64,000 bases of DNA from Malacoraja senta. Its lineage: Eukaryota. The notes under the pieces were generated by a model that was not told where the DNA came from, searched no databases, and saw only the letters and a list, made by a program, of their open reading frames with translations. The stretch lies in assembly GCA_038087875.1 (NCBI GenBank), contig CM075998.1, positions 6,760,001-6,824,000 on the forward strand. The letters run 5' to 3'. Shown here one piece after another: positions 58,526-64,000 of the stretch (positions are counted from its first letter, which is position 1; each line of letters opens with the position of its first letter). The translations under genes and the position numbers were made by a program.

Positions 58526-59090
58526 CTTGTTACAAAACTTACATTCAGTGACGCTGCAGTTTCTGCCACTGGCAGTTTCTGCCACTGGCCGTGTGCGCGA
58601 CTTTGGCGCCTTTGAGGGGGGCGGGATTAAAATGCAGTTTTCTCCTGCCTGTCGGAGGCGGATTTCCTCGGGCTGCTAGCTGCTGAAGAATAATCGATCC
58701 GACTTCCGTTCCCGATTTTTTTTTTTTTTTTAAATCACGAGGCAATTTAATAATTTGATTAAAATAAAAAGCGACTTCTAACGCCCTCAACGCCTACAAT
58801 GTGATGGATCGCAAGGACGGGACAAAACAAAGTATAATCATTTATTTTACATATAAATTTGCTTCTTGGGATGGCTTTAATCTAATTTTACGTTGTGAAA
58901 ATGTGATTTGGGCCCCATACGAACCAGCAGAGTTTTTCCTGCCGATATGGGGTTCAAATTCACCGCAAATGCAACGTTCCAATCGATCGCGTTCCAGAAA
59001 AACCCACTCGCAAGATGATTTAAATGCTCTTTTTTTTGGACAATCATGTCATAAGAGCATCTAAATCATCTATATTTTGTGTTATTGTCT
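58526..59090 (+). mobile_element. Truncated related copy of the 43718-45275 DNA transposon
   Basis: Reverse complement of ~44720-45270 (tgttacaaaacttac..ctgccactggccgtgtgcgcgactttggcgcctttgagggggg). Confidence 0.85.
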
Positions 59091-59321
59091 AACTCCAACT
59101 AATTATTGGTCGTGCAGAAGCCATTGTCTTTAGTTTTTACTAAATTTTCTAACTAATTGTTTCATATAACCCATCTTGTATTCTTCCTCTGCCTACTACT
59201 GAAGTACCCAATGACATGAAGAAATAGCATTTTATATCCAAATCAGAGTGGTGCACAACTTGCAGGAGTGTCTGCAGGTGGTGGTGTTCCCATGCCACTA
59301 CTTATGCCTCTTGGTGGGAGA

Positions 59322-59592
59322 GTTTAGTTCAGAGATACAGCGCGGAAACAGGTCCTTTGGCCAAACGAGTCCGCGCCAATCAGCGATCCCCGCACACTAA
59401 CACTACCCTACACACGAGGGACAATTTACAATTTTGCCAAGCCAATTGCCTACAAACCTGTACGTCTTTGGAGTGTGCGAGGTAACCAGGAGAATGTACA
59501 AACTCCATATAGACAGGACCCGTAGTCAGGACTGAACCCAGGTCTCTGGCGCTGTGAGGCAGCAATTCTATCGCTGCGCCATCGTGCTGCCC
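59322..59592 (-). mobile_element. V-SINE copy
   Basis: Same family as 9878-10184. Confidence 0.82.
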
Positions 59593-60666
59593 TGAGAGGA
59601 TGTGAATTTGGAAGGTGCTGGCAGCAGAGGCAAGACAAGTACAGGTAGGTTAACGTGAGGGGAAAAATATTCAATAGGAACCTTAGGAGTAACTATTTCT
59701 CACAAAGGGAGGTGGATGTATGGAACGAGCTGCCGGAAGAGGTAGTTGAGGCCGGTACTATCACAACATTTAAGAAACATTTAGATAGGTACATGGATAG
59801 GACAGGTTTTGAGTGATATGGACCAAACGCAGGCAGGTGGGACTACAGTAGATGTGACATATGTGGGCAAATACAATATCAGAGGTTCAGGTTTATAGCC
59901 TTTGAGTTTGAAGAGTTGGAACATTTTCACAGCTGATGCAGGAATTGAAACAAGAGGAAGAGGCAGACAAAGAAACAGAATTAAATCATTAATTAAAAAG
60001 CACTCTAGATTCCAGTTCCGGAGTAGATTTCCCCCCATAATTGTATCTTACTCTCAACCAGCCAACTGATTCATCTGGATAATAACATCAGTAAAAGCCC
60101 ATTTGTTATCCATTTGAAATAATTCCAAAAACTTGAATTATTTCAATGTTTTACATAGTTTTATGTTTAGAGATATAATATGGAAATAGGCCCTTCGGCC
60201 CACAGAGTTCACACCGACCATCGATCTCCTGTTCATACTAGTTCTGCATGATCCCACTTTCTCATCCACTCCCTACACACTAGGGGCAATTTACAGAGCC
60301 AATTAACCTACAAACCCACAAGTCTTTGACATTAAAAGAAGTCATGATAACAATTTTAAACAATAGCAGATTAACCCGGATCTCCCAACACCAACCACAA
60401 AATGTGTAGGGGGTGATAGATGGAAGATTAAATATTTTTCTCGTCAATGGAGACTGAAAGTTCCCATGATCATTTTTATTCACTACAGTATAAGGTAATC
60501 TTACCTGTAGATGCAGTGGCGACGTTTCCAAGTTAAGTGACCAGACCCCAGTAGCAAAGCACAGTACGTGTCCCTTTACAAGCAATGAAACAATGTTGGT
60601 GATGTTCTCAAATGCTGTAGGGGGAAGTTATTTACAGCACAGCCACAGGAAGGGCATATGCCTGTG

Positions 60667-60866
60667 NNNNNNNNNNNNNNNNNNNNNNNNNNNNNNNNNN
60701 NNNNNNNNNNNNNNNNNNNNNNNNNNNNNNNNNNNNNNNNNNNNNNNNNNNNNNNNNNNNNNNNNNNNNNNNNNNNNNNNNNNNNNNNNNNNNNNNNNNN
60801 NNNNNNNNNNNNNNNNNNNNNNNNNNNNNNNNNNNNNNNNNNNNNNNNNNNNNNNNNNNNNNNNNN
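60667..60866. other. Assembly gap (200 N)
   Basis: Directly visible. Confidence 1.
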
Positions 60867-61294
60867 TTTCCTGTACCGGATTCTCACGCTTCAGTTTCTG
60901 CTTGCAAACATCTTACCTCCTTGTACTGTCTGAAAGCAAATCAATGGGAAAATGAATCTTGCAAAGGTCTAACATATCATCGTGACTCCCCAGTGAAACA
61001 CAGGGAAATATCAAAAAGATTGGCCTCTCCCAGAGATCTCTTCGAGGCTGAACACTGGCATTTTCGATTGGAACCACTTGCCAAATTAGTAAGATCAGGC
61101 CCATTATTGTAAGACATCATTACATATAGGTGCATAAAGTGTTGGAGGAGCTCAGCGGGTCATATGTGCCTCCATCACAGTAGATTTCATTGGCCAAATC
61201 CTTCCCTTACACCTGTCTCATGCTAATCGTTTTTCATTCCAAACTTCACCATTACTTTTTGTGACAATTTATGTGAATGAGTACCTTTAAGGAA

Positions 61295-62215
61295 TAAGTT
61301 CATAAGTCATAGGAGCAGAATTAGGCCATTCGGTCTATTGAGACTTCTCTGCCTCTGCCATGGCTGATCTATCTTTCCCTCTCAACCCCATTCTCCTTCC
61401 CATAACCTTTGACACTCTTACTAATCAAGAACCTGTCAATCTCCACTTTGACAGTCTGTGGCAATGAATTCCACAATTCACCACCCTCTGGCTAAAGCAA
61501 TTCCTCCTCATCTCCTTTCTAAAGGCCTTTTATACTGAGGCTGCATCCTCTAGTCCTAAACTCTCCCACTAGTGGAAACATTCTCTCCACATCCACTCTA
61601 TCCAGGTCTTTCACTATTCGGGTAAGTTTCAATGAGGTCTCCTCTCATCCTTTTAAATCCCAGCGAGTACAGGCCCAGTGCCGACAAACGCTCATCATAT
61701 GTTAACCCACTCATCCCCGGGATCATTCTCGTAAACCACCTCTGGATCTTCTCCAGAGCCAGCACATCCCGCCTCAGGTATGGGGCCCAAATCTGCTCAC
61801 AATACTCCAAATGTGGTCTTAGTGCCTTATAGAGCCTCCCCTCTGACACATAGGTTTCCTCCCAGTGCTTTGGTTTCCTCCCACATCTTATAAAGCTTCA
61901 GCATTATATCCCTGTTTTTATATTCTAGTCCTCTTGGGAATCTTGCACAAGCACTCTCAAGTCTCTGCACCACCGATTTCTGAATTCTCTCCCCATTTAG
62001 AAAATAGTCTACGCATTTATTCCTACAACCAAAGTGCATGACACATATTTTGCTAAACTATATTCTATCTGTACTATAAACTATATTAATTGTCCCAACA
62101 TGTCCAAGTCCTTCTGCATAGTTACTGCCTTCTCTACACTGCCTGCCCCTCTACCTATCTTCATATCATCCGCAAACTTGGCCACAAAGCCTTCAATCCC
62201 CCTCATCCAAATCAT
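61295..62215 (-). mobile_element. Degenerate CR1 3' region
   Basis: [22 protein letters not shown] region; tail at 61300. Confidence 0.82.
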
Positions 62216-62850
62216 TAGAATGCCTTTTATTGTCATTACGAAATTTCATTTCTACAGTCTTGATATTACAAAAAAAAACAAGACCCACACTTAACACAAT
62301 TTACACAAACATCCATCACAGTGAATCTCCAACACCTCCTCACTGTGATGGAAGGCAAAAGTCTTATCTCTTCCCTTGTTCTCTTCTCCCGCGGTCCAGC
62401 AGTCGAACTGCAGCATCGAGGCGACTGGGGCTCACGATGTTAAAGTCCCCAGCGGGCGATGGTAAATCCTGCGGCCGTTTAAGCCGCGCGGGGCGATGTT
62501 AGGCCCAATCCGAGTCATTTAAACCCCGCGATTCCAGTGGGAGAAGTTGCCGTTGCGGGAGCTCCGAAAAGCGGTCTCCCACCAGGGACCTGCAAGCTCC
62601 CGATGTACCTGTCCACCGGGCCTGCGGCTGGAGCCTCCGAAGCTCCGAAGTCGGGTCACAGCCGTGCGCCACCACAGCTCTTCCCGCTCCAAAGTCGGCC
62701 AGCTCCGCGATGGCGTGTCCCCAGGCTCCGCTTCTGGAGCCCTCAGGTTAGTCCCCGGCCTGAGGCCGCCGCCAGCTCCACGATGTTAGGCCCAACAACA
62801 TCGGAGACCCGACAGGGAAAAAGTCGGGTCCCCGTACAGGGAAGAGATTA
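62215..62850 (-). mobile_element. GC-rich non-autonomous retroposon family, copy 3
   Basis: Reverse complement of much of 49070-49730. Confidence 0.7.
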
Positions 62851-64000
62851 AACTCCCCCAACATCTGGAACATGTTTCCTGCCTCTAGCGTGTCCAAACC
62901 CTTCACAATCTTATATGTTTCAATGAGATCCCCTCTCATCCTTCTAAACTCCAGAGTATACAAGCCCAGCTGCTCCATTCTCTCAGCATATGACAGTCCC
63001 GCTATCCCGGGAATTAACCTTGTAAACCTACGCTGCACTCCCTCAATAGCAAGAATGTCCTTCCTCAAATTAGGGGACTATAACCGCACACAATACTCCA
63101 GGTGTGGTCTAACTAGGGCTCTGTACAACTGCAGAAGGACCTCTTTGCTCCTATATTCGATTCCTCTTATTATAAAGGCCAACATGCCATTCGCTTTCTT
63201 CACTGCCTGCTGTACCTGCATGCTTACTTTCATAGACTGATGTACAAGGACCCCCAGATCCCGTTGTACTTCCCCTTTTCCCAACTTGACGCCATTTGGA
63301 TAGTAATCTGCCTTCCTGTTTTTGCTACCAAAGTGGATAACCTCACTTCTATCCACATTAAACTTCATCTGCCAACTCCCCCAACCTGTCCAAGTCACCC
63401 TGCATTCTCATAGCATCCTCCTCACAGTTCACACTGCCTCACAGTTCACACTGCCACCCAGCTTTGTGTCATCTGCAAATTTGCTAATGTTACTTTGAAT
63501 CCCTTCATCCAAATCATTGATGTATATTGTAAATAGCTGCGGTCCCAGCACCGAGCATTGCGGTACCCCACTAGTCACTGCCTGCCATTCTGAAAGGGAC
63601 CCGTTAATCCCTACTCTTTGTTTCCTGTCTGCCAACCACTTCTCTATCCATGTCAGCACTCTACCCCCAATACCATGTGCCCTAATTTTGCCCACTAATC
63701 TCCTATGTGGGACCTTATCTAATGCTTTCTGAAAGTCCAGGCAAACTACATCCACTGGCTCTCCCTTGTCCATTTTCCTAGTTACATCTTCAAAAAATTC
63801 CAGAAGATTAGTCAAGCATGATTTCCCCTTCGTAAATCCATGCTGACTTGGACCGATCCTGTTACTGCTATCCAAATGTGCGGCTATCTCATCTTTTATA
63901 ATTGACTCCAGCATCTTCCCCATCACCGATGTCAGGCTAACTGGTCTATAATTCCCTGTTTTCTCTCTCCCGCCTTTCTTAAAAAGTGGGATAACATTAC
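62851..64000 (-). mobile_element. CR1 RT, runs off the right edge
   Basis: ORFs 63429..63926, 63078..63398, 62748..63068. Confidence 0.9.

Noticed and set aside
60576..60955. ORFs spanning X runs
   Set aside because: Artefacts of the N gap.
1..64000. CRISPR arrays, operons or other prokaryotic systems
   Set aside because: Spliced vertebrate gene and eukaryotic TEs throughout; no regularly spaced repeat-spacer array seen.

Overview
Vertebrate genomic DNA. The repeat families (V-SINE/HE1-type SINEs, CR1, Rex1, Penelope, DIRS) point to a cartilaginous fish, probably a skate or ray (inference). The only host gene found is a calcitonin-receptor-family class B1 GPCR, closest to CALCRL/CLR, on the minus strand. 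I traced ten coding exons by hand from the ATG at 40612 to 3231. All have GT-AG boundaries and consistent phases, giving 1143 nt (381 codons) with no stop. The last exons lie off the left edge. The rest is mostly transposon-derived. It includes an ~11 kb nested stack in one intron: a Rex1 LINE hosting an intact-ORF Passport-type Tc1, a CR1 carrying a structurally complete DIRS1, and a Tx1 carrying an L1. There is also a near full-length CR1 split by an L2, a Gypsy 3' remnant, a Penelope RT/GIY-YIG element, hAT- and Harbinger-type non-autonomous elements and many SINEs. Most notable: (i) small palindromic elements with target-site duplications (TSDs), built from Penelope terminal repeats (pLTRs) with minimal hammerhead-ribozyme cores; (ii) a divergent CALCRL-like receptor; (iii) a DIRS whose integration chemistry can be read from the sequence; (iv) an unassigned coding-like frame split by a DNA transposon. 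A 200-N assembly gap lies at 60667-60866. Family names come from recalled motifs, not database searches.
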